DNA of 64,000 bases from Candidatus Marinacidobacterium sp. (GCA_965220965.1 OZ244852.1:512001-576000), one strand, 5' to 3'; positions 23,269 to 33,419 are shown, numbered from the stretch's first letter. The notes: generated by a model from the letters alone, not told the origin. Made by a program: numbers and translations.

Positions 23269-23958
23269 GTGAGCGACCGATCGGCGCGTCCGGGGCGCCG
23301 GGGCGTTCTCGGCATCGACGAAGCCGGTCGCGGCGCGGTCCTCGGGCCGCTGGTGGTGGCGGGCGTCGTGCTGGATCCGCTGAAGGCGGGCGCCCTCACC
23401 CGTCTCGGAGTGCGGGACTCGAAGGGCCTCGGCGCCGGAGAGGCCGCCTACACCCGCCGCAGCGCGCTCGCCGCCCATGTCCGGCGACTGGCGGACTTCG
23501 TCGGCATCCGCGTGTTCGATGCCGGAGAGGTGGACCGCTATGTGGAGTCGGGTGGCCTGAACCTGCTGGAGCGCCACGCGGCCGAAGCCATTCTCGGGGA
23601 AGCCGGTCCGGTCCGGCGCGTTCTGGCGGACGGCCGCAGCCTCTTCGGGGCGCTCGCCGCCCGGTATCCGCACTTCCAGGCGGTCGACCGGGCGGAGTCC
23701 CGCCACGTGGCGGTGGCGGCGGCGAGCGTCGTGGCCAAGGACGCGCGCGACACCCTCTTCCGCCGCATCGCGGAGGGCTACCGGGAACGTTTCGGCGAGG
23801 TCGGCGGAGGGGGTTACGTCAACGCCGCGACCGAGGCGTTCCTGCGCCGCTACCACGACCGCACCGGCCTCCTGCCGCGCGAGACCCGGCAAAGCTGGAG
23901 CTGGAGCGTGGTCCGGGAGTTCGCCGGACCCCAGCGGCTTTGGGACGGGGGGGACTGA
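23269..23958 (+). CDS. rnhB: Ribonuclease HII (archaeal/eukaryotic-like)
   Basis: GIDEAGRG, RDSK, ADG and VAAASVVAK motifs. Confidence 0.85.
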   Translation: MSDRSARPGRRGVLGIDEAGRGAVLGPLVVAGVVLDPLKAGALTRLGVRDSKGLGAGEAAYTRRSALAAHVRRLADFVGIRVFDAGEVDRYVESGGLNLLERHAAEAILGEAGPVRRVLADGRSLFGALAARYPHFQAVDRAESRHVAVAAASVVAKDARDTLFRRIAEGYRERFGEVGGGGYVNAATEAFLRRYHDRTGLLPRETRQSWSWSVVREFAGPQRLWDGGD

Positions 23959-24032
23959 ACCGGACGTTCAGCTCCTCCCGAAGACGCTCCGCGAGCGCGG
24001 AGTCGTCGCCGGCGGCCAGTGGCGCCGGCCCG

Positions 24033-25604
24033 TCAGCCTTCGCGGTGCTCCCCGAACACGCTCCGCAGGGCGTCGCTGATCTCTCCGACGGTCGCGCGCC
24101 GTTCCGCGGCCTCCAGGATGGGCGGCATCAGGTTGCCGCCTCCGGCCGCGATCCGACGGACATCGGCGAGCGAGGCCTCGGCTGCGGCCCCGTCGCGCTC
24201 CGAGCGGGTCCGGCGCACCCGGGCGATCTGGGCATCCTCCGCCGCCGGGTCCACCGCGAACGGCTCGACGGTGGCGGTCCTCTCCGAGCGGGCGAACCGG
24301 TTCACTCCCACGACGACCTCCCGGCCGGCTTCGAAGTCCCGTTGCCAGGCGTAGGCCGCCTCCTGGATGCGGGCCTGCACGAAACCCGATTCGACGGCGG
24401 CCACCGCTCCGCCGATCTGGTCCACCCTTTCGATCCACCCGCGCGCCTCCGCTTCGAGTTCGTCGGTCAGCGACTCGATGGCCCACGAACCTCCCAGCGG
24501 GTCCACCGTCCCGGGCGCTCCGCTCTCGAAGGCGATGACCTGCTGGGTCCGGAGCGCGAGTTCCGCATTCGCCTCGGTCGGAAGGCCGAGCGCCTCGTCG
24601 AGCGCGTTCGTATGGAGCGACTGCGCGCCCCCGAGGACCGCGGCGAGCGCCTCCAGCGTGGTCCGGACGACGTTGATCTCCGGCGCCACCGAGGTCAGGG
24701 TCGATCCCGCGGTCTGGGCGTGGAAGCGAAGCATCTGGGCGCGCGGACTGGTGGACCCGAAGCGCTCGCGGAGCAACCGCGCCCAGAGCCGCCGGGCGGC
24801 CCGAAACTTGGCGATCTCCTCGAGGAAGTCCCGATGCGCGTTGAAGAAGAAGGACACCCGCGACGCGACGCGGTCCACTTCGAGCCCCCGGGAGACGGCT
24901 TCCCCCACGTAGGCGAGGCCCGCCGCGAGCGTGAAACCCACTTCCTGCGCCGCGGTGCATCCGGCCTCCCGCATGTGATACCCGCTCACGCTCACCGGGT
25001 TGAAGCGGGGCAGTTCGCGCCGGCACCACTCGATGACGTCGCCCGAGAGCCGGATCGACGGGCCGGGAGGGAAGATCCACGTTCCGCGCGCCGCGTATTC
25101 CTTGAGGATGTCGTTCTGGACGGTGCCCGAAATCCGCTCCGGCGCCGCTCCCTGTCGCCGGGCGACCGCCACGTAGAACGCCACCAGGATCGCCGCGGTC
25201 GCGTTGATCGTCATCGAGGTGGAGACCCGATCCAGCGGAATGCCGGCGAACAGGGTCTCCATGTCATCCACCGAATCGATGGCGACTCCGACGCGCCCGA
25301 CCTCTCCCGCCGCCAGCCGGTGGTCCGAGTCGTGGCCGATCTGGGTGGGGAGGTCGAACGCGACCGAGAGCCCGGTCTGTCCACGCTCCAGCAGCGCCCG
25401 GTACCGGCGGTTCGACTCCGTGGCCCCGGCGTAGCCGGCGTACTGACGCATGGTCCACAGGCGCGAGCGATAGCCCTCCGCGCGGACGCCGCGGGTGAAC
25501 GGGAACTCCCCCGGTAGGCCGACGGCCTGCTCGCCACCCGGCGCGTCGGCCGGGCGGTAGACGGGCCGGAGCGCCCGTCGGGAAGCTCCGTCGGGACCGC
25601 TCAC
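24033..25604 (-). CDS. Methylmalonyl-CoA mutase, substrate-binding (large) subunit
   Basis: [17 protein letters not shown] (Tyr), [11 protein letters not shown] (Arg) and SGYHMREAG; no DxHxxG B12-binding domain; GTGA overlap start. Confidence 0.9.
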   Translation of the reverse strand: MSGPDGASRRALRPVYRPADAPGGEQAVGLPGEFPFTRGVRAEGYRSRLWTMRQYAGYAGATESNRRYRALLERGQTGLSVAFDLPTQIGHDSDHRLAAGEVGRVGVAIDSVDDMETLFAGIPLDRVSTSMTINATAAILVAFYVAVARRQGAAPERISGTVQNDILKEYAARGTWIFPPGPSIRLSGDVIEWCRRELPRFNPVSVSGYHMREAGCTAAQEVGFTLAAGLAYVGEAVSRGLEVDRVASRVSFFFNAHRDFLEEIAKFRAARRLWARLLRERFGSTSPRAQMLRFHAQTAGSTLTSVAPEINVVRTTLEALAAVLGGAQSLHTNALDEALGLPTEANAELALRTQQVIAFESGAPGTVDPLGGSWAIESLTDELEAEARGWIERVDQIGGAVAAVESGFVQARIQEAAYAWQRDFEAGREVVVGVNRFARSERTATVEPFAVDPAAEDAQIARVRRTRSERDGAAAEASLADVRRIAAGGGNLMPPILEAAERRATVGEISDALRSVFGEHREG

Positions 25605-26110
25605 GGACGCGCGGCGGCGCCTTCGCCGGGCGCCGCGCCCGGGTCTCCCTCGCGCGTCGGCGCGCAGGCGTACCCGCACACCACGACCTGGTTCCCCCAG
25701 ATCTCCGATCCGCCGAGGTCCAGCGGGCAGAACCGGACGAGCGCTTCCTCGAAGAACAGCGGGCAGTCATCGGTGAGGTTGGGCCCCAGCCGGTCGGGCC
25801 GCTGGATCGTGATCTCGAGCGTGCGGCGCCGGGGCGCCCAGCCCTGGGTCTCGCCGAAGCTCACGAGGTCGCGACGCAGACGTTCGACGCGCCGACGCGC
25901 CTCCTCGAGGGTCAGGTCGCGGTCGCGCACTCCCCGCAGGATGTCCCGCGCCTGGTCCCGGAACGTGTCGAGCGACCCGGGCGGGGCGTCGCCGGTCCCG
26001 GGCGCCGGTTCCTGGCGCGGCGAGCCGGCGCCCCAGACCGCGCACGACAGCGCGAGCAGGAACGCTCCCCGGAGGCGGCGGAAGCCGGGACGCGTCACCC
26101 CTCGATTCAT
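25601..26110 (-). CDS. Hypothetical secreted protein with a Cys-rich C-terminus
   Basis: Signal-like N-terminus; start and stop overlap both neighbours by 4 bp; 4 Cys near the C-terminus. Confidence 0.6.
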   Translation of the reverse strand: MNRGVTRPGFRRLRGAFLLALSCAVWGAGSPRQEPAPGTGDAPPGSLDTFRDQARDILRGVRDRDLTLEEARRRVERLRRDLVSFGETQGWAPRRRTLEITIQRPDRLGPNLTDDCPLFFEEALVRFCPLDLGGSEIWGNQVVVCGYACAPTREGDPGAAPGEGAAARP

Positions 26111-27072
26111 CGCTCCCGGCCGGACCCCTGCATCGGTTGCGAGGACGGGGGACGCCACAGGTTCTCCTCTCCCAGATGCCGCTCGAGCCAGGACCGCAGG
26201 GGCACATCCTCCGGCTGCGGCTGGTACCAGCCGACTTCCGTCGTTCCGTCGCCGAGGAGCTGCCGGAGCACCGGATCACACGAAGCGAGGAGCTCCGGCG
26301 GCATGTGGGTGTAGTCGAGGGGCCGCAGCCAACGGAAGCTGTATCCGAAGAAGAGCGACTTGCGCACGGCGTCCGAGGTGTTGCGTCCGTGCCGATGCCA
26401 CAGCCGCCGATCGAAGATCGTCGAGTCTCCCGGCGCCGCATGCAGCCGGACCACGCCGTCCCACGCCGGATCGTCGGCTTCCGGGGGCGGCGCGTCCAGC
26501 CAGTGGCTTCCCGGGATGACCTCCATGGGCCCGCTCGCCGGGTCGTTCGTGTCGGTGAGCCAGAAGGCGGTCTTGACCGAGAGCCGGGGGGCCGGGCGCT
26601 CGAGCTCCAGCACCGGCCGTCCGCTGTCCTGATGCCACACCGGGCGCCGGCACTGGACGCCGCCCCACGTCTCGGGCGGGTACACCACCAGGTGGGAGAT
26701 GTAGAGCTGGATGTTCCACCCGAGGATGTCCCAGACCTTGGGGAACGTCCGCGACCAGTCGACGAGCTCCAGGAACGCCGGATCGAAACGGATGACCGAG
26801 AAGCGGGACATCATGTCGCCCGGCGCCAGCGCGAGCCGGGCGCGTTCGGCGGCGTCCAGCCGGTCCACCGCGGCGATCAGCTTGTCGACCTCGTCCGGCC
26901 CGAGCGCTCCCGGGACCGTGATGTAGCCGTCCCGGTCGAACGCGGCGCGTTCCTCCGGCGTCAGCGACGACGCAAGGTGCTCAGCGGAGAGTCCGCCGAA
27001 ACGGCGTCCCTCCGGCCGGAAATGGAGCGTCGTATCGGTGGATTCGACGGGGGGAGCGACGATCGTGCCCAT
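26107..27072 (-). CDS. Phytanoyl-CoA dioxygenase (PhyH) family Fe/2OG enzyme
   Basis: FDRDGY, WHQD, VIPGSH and FDRRLWH...R motifs. Confidence 0.88.
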   Translation of the reverse strand: MGTIVAPPVESTDTTLHFRPEGRRFGGLSAEHLASSLTPEERAAFDRDGYITVPGALGPDEVDKLIAAVDRLDAAERARLALAPGDMMSRFSVIRFDPAFLELVDWSRTFPKVWDILGWNIQLYISHLVVYPPETWGGVQCRRPVWHQDSGRPVLELERPAPRLSVKTAFWLTDTNDPASGPMEVIPGSHWLDAPPPEADDPAWDGVVRLHAAPGDSTIFDRRLWHRHGRNTSDAVRKSLFFGYSFRWLRPLDYTHMPPELLASCDPVLRQLLGDGTTEVGWYQPQPEDVPLRSWLERHLGEENLWRPPSSQPMQGSGRER

Positions 27073-27189
27073 GGCTTTCCCTGGCGCGGGGGTAGAAGGC
27101 TGGCCGGTTTCGCTCCGGCGCCAGACGGGAAGCGGCGGCCGGCGACCGCGCAGCGGAACGCGCCCTTTGGGCGGTTAGTATTGTTCATC

Positions 27190-27819
27190 GTGAGCCGTCG
27201 CCGGCGTCTGCAGCTTCTTGCTGGCTGGGCCGTGTTCCTGTTCGTCGGCGGGAGCATCTATCTGGGGCCGTACTTCGCCGCCTGGCGGATCCGGCACGCG
27301 GTGGCGGCGGGCGATGCGGCCGCCCTTCACGAGTTCGTCGACTTCGAGGCCGTCCGGGAGAACCTCAAGGCGGAACTCCGGCGGACGCTCGAGGCCTCCG
27401 GCCGCGCTCGCGAGCGCGCCGCGGAGGAGCCGTCGGCGGACAACGGAGGCGCCAGCGGCATTTCGGATCTCTCGACGCAACTGGCGGTGGCGGTCGGCGA
27501 GGCGCTCATCGACCAGTACGCCACCCCCGCGGGCGTGGACCAGGCGCTGGGGGATCGTCCCGCCGATGAGGGATGGGGCTCGTTTCTGGCGCTCGCGGGA
27601 AACCGGGACAGCGAGACGCCGGTCTCCGTCCGGGCTCATTACGACGGCTGGAGCGACTTTCGCGTCCGGCTCGGGAACACCCGGCGTTCGTCCGGGGAAG
27701 CAGAGTCGGGAGAGGAAGCGCTCTGGGCCGACATCCTCTTCGAACGGCGAGGGATCTGGGCGTGGCGGGTCACCGGCGCCCGCGTGAGCCCCGCGGTGAT
27801 CCCTCTCCTCACGCAGTAG
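27190..27819 (+). CDS. DUF2939-family protein
   Basis: N-terminal TM followed by PYFAA...GDAAALHEFVDFEAVRENLK; start approximate. Confidence 0.7.
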   Translation: MSRRRRLQLLAGWAVFLFVGGSIYLGPYFAAWRIRHAVAAGDAAALHEFVDFEAVRENLKAELRRTLEASGRARERAAEEPSADNGGASGISDLSTQLAVAVGEALIDQYATPAGVDQALGDRPADEGWGSFLALAGNRDSETPVSVRAHYDGWSDFRVRLGNTRRSSGEAESGEEALWADILFERRGIWAWRVTGARVSPAVIPLLTQ

Positions 27820-27861
27820 GTGACCCGGGCCGGGTTCGAGGGGCGGGCTCTTTCCGGAGCC

Positions 27862-28776
27862 TCAGCGCGTCGGCGACCGGGGGCGCGTTCGCGCCAGCGT
27901 TTCCCGGAGCGACGGCGCCCCCTCGACGCCCCGCGACTCGACCGCAATGGCTGCGGCCGCCGCCGCCCGCCGCGCCGCCTCCGGCTCGGGGAGTCCGGTC
28001 CACAGCGAAACCACCAGCGCCGCCGCGAAGGTGTCGCCGGCGCCCGTTGGATCGACTTCCGTGGCCGGAACCGGAGGAACCCGCCGCTCCGGGCGGCCGG
28101 CGCCGTGAAGAACCGCGCCGAAGCGCCCGCGGGTGATGGCTACCCGAGGCCCCCGGAGCCCGGGGATCTCGCGTTCTTCGCCGAGGTCGGACCCGGAGAG
28201 GGCGACCAGATCCAGCCCGGAGAGCCGGGCGCCGAGCCCGGCGGGGAGGTGGGGGAGCACCTGGCCGTCCTCGTCGAACCGGCGGAGAAACCCCTGGGGA
28301 GCGGCCGCCGCCAGCGTCTGTCGCCAGACCGCGCTCGTCTCCGGTCCCGTGGCCTCCGGCGGCCGGGGCAGCGGGGGCCCGGCGCCGGCGCCCAGTTCGC
28401 CCGCCACCGGAGCGTAGAGAACCGCCGAACCCTCCGGCAGCGCCGCCACCGCGCGTTGGACCTCCGCGTCCGGGATGGGCGCCGCCCGGGTCAGGATCCG
28501 CTGGGCGCGCGACCCGTCGGCGCGGTAGCGGTTCTCGAACCGGGTCCGCCCGGGAGAAGGGACCACCAGCAGGTCGATCCCCGCCAGCGCGTCGAGCCAG
28601 GGGAACTCCGGATCGACCGCGGTCAGCACGCTGACGCGGACTCCGAACCGGTGAGCCAGCAGGCCGGCGTAGGCGGCGGCGCCGCCGAGGCGCGACTCGC
28701 CGTCCGGGTCCAGGTCTTCGGTCAGGTGGCCCACGACCAGAAGCCGGGGCGCCCGGGATCCTGAGGGAGGCGGCAT
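27862..28776 (-). CDS. PfkB-family carbohydrate kinase
   Basis: VVGHLTED...LGGAAAY and DPTGAGDTF motifs. Confidence 0.88.
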   Translation of the reverse strand: MPPPSGSRAPRLLVVGHLTEDLDPDGESRLGGAAAYAGLLAHRFGVRVSVLTAVDPEFPWLDALAGIDLLVVPSPGRTRFENRYRADGSRAQRILTRAAPIPDAEVQRAVAALPEGSAVLYAPVAGELGAGAGPPLPRPPEATGPETSAVWRQTLAAAAPQGFLRRFDEDGQVLPHLPAGLGARLSGLDLVALSGSDLGEEREIPGLRGPRVAITRGRFGAVLHGAGRPERRVPPVPATEVDPTGAGDTFAAALVVSLWTGLPEPEAARRAAAAAAIAVESRGVEGAPSLRETLARTRPRSPTR

Positions 28777-28778
28777 CG

Positions 28779-29384
28779 GTGCTGGTCTGGACCTCGCTCG
28801 TCGCCCCGGCGAGGCAGAGGGCGCTGCTCGCGGTGGGGGGAACGATGCTCGGAGCGTTGTTGTACGTCCATCTTGGCCGGTTCTACGGATGGACGCTTCC
28901 CTGGATGCTCGGGGCCGCCCCGGTCGCGGCGCTGTGTCTGCGTTCGATCGTCGCCAATCTGTGGTTTTTCGCCCGCCAGCCGTTCGCGGAGTGCGACCTC
29001 GGGCTGGCGGAGGCGGGGGCGCCGGGCGGAACGGTGGGCGCCGCGATCCGGGTGGTCGCCCGCCGCCCGGTGGAGATCCGGCGGGTCTCCATGCGACTCC
29101 GGCTGGAACGCCGCGGGCCGGGGGGCAAACTGGATGAGCTCTTCCGGAGCGAGGAGAGCCTCCTCGAGTCGAAACGCCTCCGGGAAGGGGAGCGCGCCGA
29201 AGACGCCACCCGGCTGCCGGTGCCCGATGACGCCCCGTTTTCCTTCCGATCCCTCGGCAGCGAGGTCCGGATCCGGTGCCTGGTGCGGGTCCGGCTGGAA
29301 TCGGGCCCTCCCGGGGAGCCCGAGGCGCCGGCCTTTCCGGTCGCCGAACAGGAACTGGAAGTCCTGATCGCGCCCGGCGCCTGA
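28779..29384 (+). CDS. Hypothetical membrane protein
   Basis: 2 TM helices then a beta-rich domain (DDAPFSF); true start may be ATG 28845. Confidence 0.5.
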   Translation: MLVWTSLVAPARQRALLAVGGTMLGALLYVHLGRFYGWTLPWMLGAAPVAALCLRSIVANLWFFARQPFAECDLGLAEAGAPGGTVGAAIRVVARRPVEIRRVSMRLRLERRGPGGKLDELFRSEESLLESKRLREGERAEDATRLPVPDDAPFSFRSLGSEVRIRCLVRVRLESGPPGEPEAPAFPVAEQELEVLIAPGA

Positions 29385-29385
29385 G

Positions 29386-30009
29386 CTACAACCGGAGGCG
29401 CAGGACGAGCACGTCGTGGCCGTCGGCCTCGAGGCCGGAGGCGAGGACGTCCGCGTCGCGGCGGGTGGAGAACCGTCCGACGCGCACCCGGTGGACGCCA
29501 TTGGCCTGCACCACCTCCGCGCCGCCGTAACCGGCCGCCTGGAGCTGCTGGCTGAGCTCGTTCGCCAGCCGCGCGCTCCGATAGGCGCCGACCTGCACCG
29601 TGAAGACCGGGACCGGGGCGCGCTCGATCACCGTGAGCATCACCGGGGCCACGCCCTGCTGGAGGATTCCCAGACGACGCGCGGCTTCGTGGGAGAGGTC
29701 GATGATCCGGCCGTCCACGAAGGGACCGCGGTCGTTGATCCGGACCTCGACGGACTGTCCGGTGGCCACGTCGGTGACCTCGACGATCGTGCCGAAGGGC
29801 AGGGAGGGGTGCGCCGCGGTCATGCCCCCGGGGTTCATCGGCTCGCCGTTCGCGGTGAGGCGTCCGCGTTCTTCGATGCCGTACCAGGACGCTTCGCCGA
29901 ACTCGGTCGGATTCGTCGGGGTCGCCGGTCGACGGGCGCTGGAGCAGCCCGCCGCGAGCGCGGCGCCGAACGCGAGCAGAAGCAGGAGGGAGGTGGGGGT
30001 GGGGCGCAT
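29386..30009 (-). CDS. rlpA: Septal ring lytic transglycosylase RlpA (DPBB + SPOR)
   Basis: Lipobox [34 protein letters not shown]; SPOR domain VQVGAY. Confidence 0.92.
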   Translation of the reverse strand: MRPTPTSLLLLLAFGAALAAGCSSARRPATPTNPTEFGEASWYGIEERGRLTANGEPMNPGGMTAAHPSLPFGTIVEVTDVATGQSVEVRINDRGPFVDGRIIDLSHEAARRLGILQQGVAPVMLTVIERAPVPVFTVQVGAYRSARLANELSQQLQAAGYGGAEVVQANGVHRVRVGRFSTRRDADVLASGLEADGHDVLVLRLRL

Positions 30010-30587
30010 CACTGGCTCCGGTATTGCGCGGCGGCCCACGGGGCGCCGCCGCGCGGAATCGAAAGCGACGTCCAGGCGGGCGCGGCCTTGCGCGCCAGCA
30101 GGACGATCTGTCCGGTGTGGTAGGCCAGATGGACGATCTGTCGCGAGATGGCCTCCTGGACGAGGAACGCCTCTCCCCGGATCCGCACGGTCCCGGCGAG
30201 GTGTTCCTCCCCGAGACGGGCCATGGAGGCTTCCATCACCCGGAAGGCGTGGTCCCATTCGGCGAGGAGTTCGGTGCGCCCCATGTCTTCGCGGGGCTCG
30301 AACTCGCTCTCCCGGTTCCGGTCCGGCTTCTCGCCGTCGGTCGTCAGGAAGTCCGTCCACCGGGACCGCAGATTCCCCGCAAGGTGGCGCAGCACGATGG
30401 CGATCGAGTTGCCATCCGCCGTGGGCCGGGCGTGGAGCGAGGCGTCGGACGACGCCTGCGAAATGGCGTTTTCGGCGAGGCGGCGCAAGCGCCGCATCTC
30501 GAAGCGGGCGTTCTTCAGAAAGACCGCGCCAACCGATCGGGAGGAGGCCTCGCCAGGCGATGGGCGGGCGGGGAGAGCTTGGGACAT
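30009..30587 (-). CDS. DUF1572 / DinB-like protein
   Basis: [33 protein letters not shown] and HLAYHTGQI motifs. Confidence 0.85.
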   Translation of the reverse strand: MSQALPARPSPGEASSRSVGAVFLKNARFEMRRLRRLAENAISQASSDASLHARPTADGNSIAIVLRHLAGNLRSRWTDFLTTDGEKPDRNRESEFEPREDMGRTELLAEWDHAFRVMEASMARLGEEHLAGTVRIRGEAFLVQEAISRQIVHLAYHTGQIVLLARKAAPAWTSLSIPRGGAPWAAAQYRSQ

Positions 30588-30753
30588 GGTGCGAGCCGAA
30601 CGGGCTGACGGTGAAGACCGGCGCTGCGCGCCGGGTCCGAATGGACGCGACCCCGACGCGGACGGGTCAACAGGCTGTTGAATCCCGGGCCTGATGCCGG
30701 GGCGGGTGAACCGCCGCCCGAACACCGGTCGGAAGGCGGTTCCCCGGAGGGAG

Positions 30754-30885
30754 GGGCGACCGAGGGACGGCGGACTGGATGCCGCTCAGAGGACTCCGAC
30801 GCCGGAAAGCGGCGCGGATTCGGGCCCCGCAGAGCCGCCGGAACCAGTTGGACCTCCGAGGGGTCGTCCCAGCGCGTCTGCGCCC
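30754..30885 (-). ncRNA. Candidate structured RNA (long irregular hairpin) in the DUF1572-rlpA leader
   Basis: Nested pairings GGGCG/CGCCC, GGGACG/CGTCCC, CTCGGAGG/CCTCTGAG, GGCGGC/GCCGCT and GCGG/CCGC, beginning at the predicted TSS; folded by eye only. Confidence 0.35.
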
Positions 30886-30888
30886 GGC

Positions 30889-30916
30889 AATATAGCGCTC
30901 GTCCCGCCGCTTGCAA
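30889..30916 (-). promoter_or_regulatory. Sigma70-type promoter
   Basis: Minus strand TTGCAA-N16-TATATT. Confidence 0.55.
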
Positions 30917-30986
30917 ATTGGGGCGAGGCGAACCCGTCGGGGAGGGAGGATTCCCGGAGAAACGCGGTACGATTCCGTCACTCGCC

Positions 30987-32198
30987 ATGGCCCCCCCGAT
31001 GTCTCGTCGCCGGTTCCTGGGAGCTGTCCCCGCGGCCGGCGTTGGCCTGGTTCCGGCGGCGCGACTGATGGAGGCCGAGACCCGCCCTGTGGCCCAGTCG
31101 GCGGGCGTCCTCGAGGGCAAGAGCGGTCTTCGCATCCTGAGCCAGCGGCCGGTGAACGCCGAGACGCCGGTCAGCGACCTCGATCCGCGCTACACGCCGA
31201 ACGACAAGCACTTCGTCCGGAACAACGGCGACGTTCCCGCCCGCGCCCTCGCCGCCGACCTGAGCGGGTGGTCCCTCGAGGTCAACGGCGAGGTGGAGAG
31301 CGAGCTTCGGCTGAGCCTCGACGACATCCGCTCCGCGTTCGACAACGTGACCCGGTCGCTGGTGCTCGAGTGCGCCGGGAACGGACGCGCCGCGTTCCGG
31401 CCATCGGTTGCCGGAAACGCCTGGTGGCTTGGCGCCGTCGGCTGCGCGCGCTACACCGGCGTGCGGCTCCGGGATGTGCTCGAGGCGGCCGGCGTGAAGG
31501 AATCGGCGGTCTATGTGGCGTGGTACGGGGAAGACCCGCACCTCAGCGGGGACCCGACCGAGCCGCCGATTTCCCGCGGATTGCCGCTCTCCAGAGCCAT
31601 GGACGAGTCCACCCTGCTCGCCTGGGAAATGAACGGAGAGCCGCTACCGGCGCATCACGGCTTCCCGCTTCGCATGGTGGCGCCCGGCTTTCCGGCGTCG
31701 GCGAGCGGCAAGTGGCTCACGCGGATCTGGGTGCGCGACCGCGTGCATGACGGCCCCAAGATGACCGGTTTCTCCTACCGCGTTCCGCGGTATCCGGTCG
31801 CGCCCGGGGCGGATGTTCCGGAGGACGACATGGAGATCATCGGCGAGATGCCGGTGAAGTCCGTCATCACCCGGCCGGCCACCGGGATCCAGCACCCGGC
31901 GGCGACCCCGCTCCCGGTGCGGGGCTGGGCCTGGGCCGGCGGCGGTCCGGTCGCCTCGGTTCACGTGAGCGCGGACTTCGGCGTCACCTGGACCGAGTGC
32001 CGGCTGGAAGAGCCGGAGAACCGGTTCGCGTGGCAGCGCTTCGAGGCGCTGGTGGGTTTCGACATCGCCGGCCACTACGAGATCTGGGCGCGGGCCACGG
32101 ACGCCCTTGGCCGCTCCCAGCCGATGGTCACCCCCGGGTGGAATCCCCGTGGGTATCTCAACAACGCCATGCACCGCATCGCGGTGACGGCCGTCTGA
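30987..32198 (+). CDS. Tat-exported sulfite oxidase family molybdoenzyme (SorA/SorT-like)
   Basis: SRRRFL Tat motif, FVRNN, LECAGNGR (Mo-ligating Cys), HGFPLR and SGKWL. Confidence 0.9.
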   Translation: MAPPMSRRRFLGAVPAAGVGLVPAARLMEAETRPVAQSAGVLEGKSGLRILSQRPVNAETPVSDLDPRYTPNDKHFVRNNGDVPARALAADLSGWSLEVNGEVESELRLSLDDIRSAFDNVTRSLVLECAGNGRAAFRPSVAGNAWWLGAVGCARYTGVRLRDVLEAAGVKESAVYVAWYGEDPHLSGDPTEPPISRGLPLSRAMDESTLLAWEMNGEPLPAHHGFPLRMVAPGFPASASGKWLTRIWVRDRVHDGPKMTGFSYRVPRYPVAPGADVPEDDMEIIGEMPVKSVITRPATGIQHPAATPLPVRGWAWAGGGPVASVHVSADFGVTWTECRLEEPENRFAWQRFEALVGFDIAGHYEIWARATDALGRSQPMVTPGWNPRGYLNNAMHRIAVTAV

Positions 32199-32204
32199 CA
32201 AGAG

Positions 32205-32600
32205 ATGAACAAGACAGGACTCCTTCTCCCCCTCGCTCTCGTGTTCGCCGCGGCGGCCGCCGCCCAGCCGGCGAGCGACAACCTCAAGGACGGCGAGAAC
32301 GTCGAGATCGTCCGGAACAACTGCCTCGCCTGCCACGACGACAGCTACATCACGTCGGCGCGGTTCCCCCGGAGCGAGTGGGACGAACTGCTCGACGTCA
32401 TGGTCGGCATGGGGATGGAGCCGCTCGACGACGAGACCCGGAACAAGGTGCTCGATTACCTGGAGTCGGTTCAGGGGGCTGACAGCGGCGATGGGGACGG
32501 CCCGGGGGGTGGCGACGGGTCCGGCGTCGCGCCCGACTGGCCGTGGGCCGAACCGCTCTATCCGGCGAACCCGGTGTCCTGGGGCCGGGGCCCCGAATAG
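32205..32600 (+). CDS. Monoheme cytochrome c, probable partner of the sulfite dehydrogenase
   Basis: Signal peptide, NCLACH, W...M axial region; 6 bp after the molybdoenzyme. Confidence 0.82.
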   Translation: MNKTGLLLPLALVFAAAAAAQPASDNLKDGENVEIVRNNCLACHDDSYITSARFPRSEWDELLDVMVGMGMEPLDDETRNKVLDYLESVQGADSGDGDGPGGGDGSGVAPDWPWAEPLYPANPVSWGRGPE

Positions 32601-32609
32601 CGGCGACTG

Positions 32610-33419
32610 CTAAGCCGCCCGGCGGCGCGCGTTCCGGACGGTCTGGTAGGCCTTCTGGATGTCCTGGGTCCGGCGGGTGGCCTCGTCTTTCATTTCTTCC
32701 GGGAGTCCCTGCGCTGCGAGCCGGTCCGGGTGGTGCTGCCGCATGAGGCGCCGATAGACCGAGCGGATCTCCTCGTCCGACGCGGTGCGGGACACGCCCA
32801 GCGCCTCGTACGCCGCCGCGAGCGCTTCATCCGGCGAACGCCGGCGCGGCTGGAACCCGGCCGCCGCGATGCGCTCCATCTGCGCCATCTCCTGGCGCGA
32901 GAAGCCGAGGAACACGCCGATCCGGTCGAGGATCCGCCGCTCCGCGGGGTGGATCGAACCGTCAGCCCACGCCGCCTTCCACTGGATCTCCACGAAGCTG
33001 CGCAGCAGGTTCCGTCGCCGTCCGGCGACCTGCGCCAACTGCGCGAGCGCGGGCTCGAGCTGGAACCCGGCCGACTTGCCCTCGTTGAACAGCCGGACCG
33101 CCAGATTCCGCTCGCGCGGCCCCAGGCCCAGCCCCTCCATGACCGCCCGGGCGAGCTGCGCTTCGTCTTCGGTGACGCGCCCATCCGCTTTGGCGATGTG
33201 CCCCATGACCCCGAAGGTGGCCACGAAGAAGGCCACCCGCCGTTCCTCGGTGGGGTCCGCCGAGGGCGGTCGGGGGCGACCGGTCCGGCGGCCCGCGTCC
33301 GGATCGAAGCTCGCTCGCGCCCCCAGGTTCGATCCGATCGCGGCGCCCAGCATCCCCCCGAGCGGCCCCCCGAGGCTGAATCCGAGCGCCCCCCCGATGA
33401 TGGCTCCCCAGATTCCCAC
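32610..33419 (-). CDS. djlA: Co-chaperone DjlA
   Basis: Gly-rich N-terminal TM, TerB-like AKADGRV, J-domain HHPD. Confidence 0.88.
   Translation of the reverse strand: MGIWGAIIGGALGFSLGGPLGGMLGAAIGSNLGARASFDPDAGRRTGRPRPPSADPTEERRVAFFVATFGVMGHIAKADGRVTEDEAQLARAVMEGLGLGPRERNLAVRLFNEGKSAGFQLEPALAQLAQVAGRRRNLLRSFVEIQWKAAWADGSIHPAERRILDRIGVFLGFSRQEMAQMERIAAAGFQPRRRSPDEALAAAYEALGVSRTASDEEIRSVYRRLMRQHHPDRLAAQGLPEEMKDEATRRTQDIQKAYQTVRNARRRAA

Noticed and set aside
28776-28779. Head-to-head genes with almost no spacer (also at 42975)
   Set aside because: Probably an artefact of longest-ORF start choice; downstream alternative starts (28845, 42928) leave room for promoters
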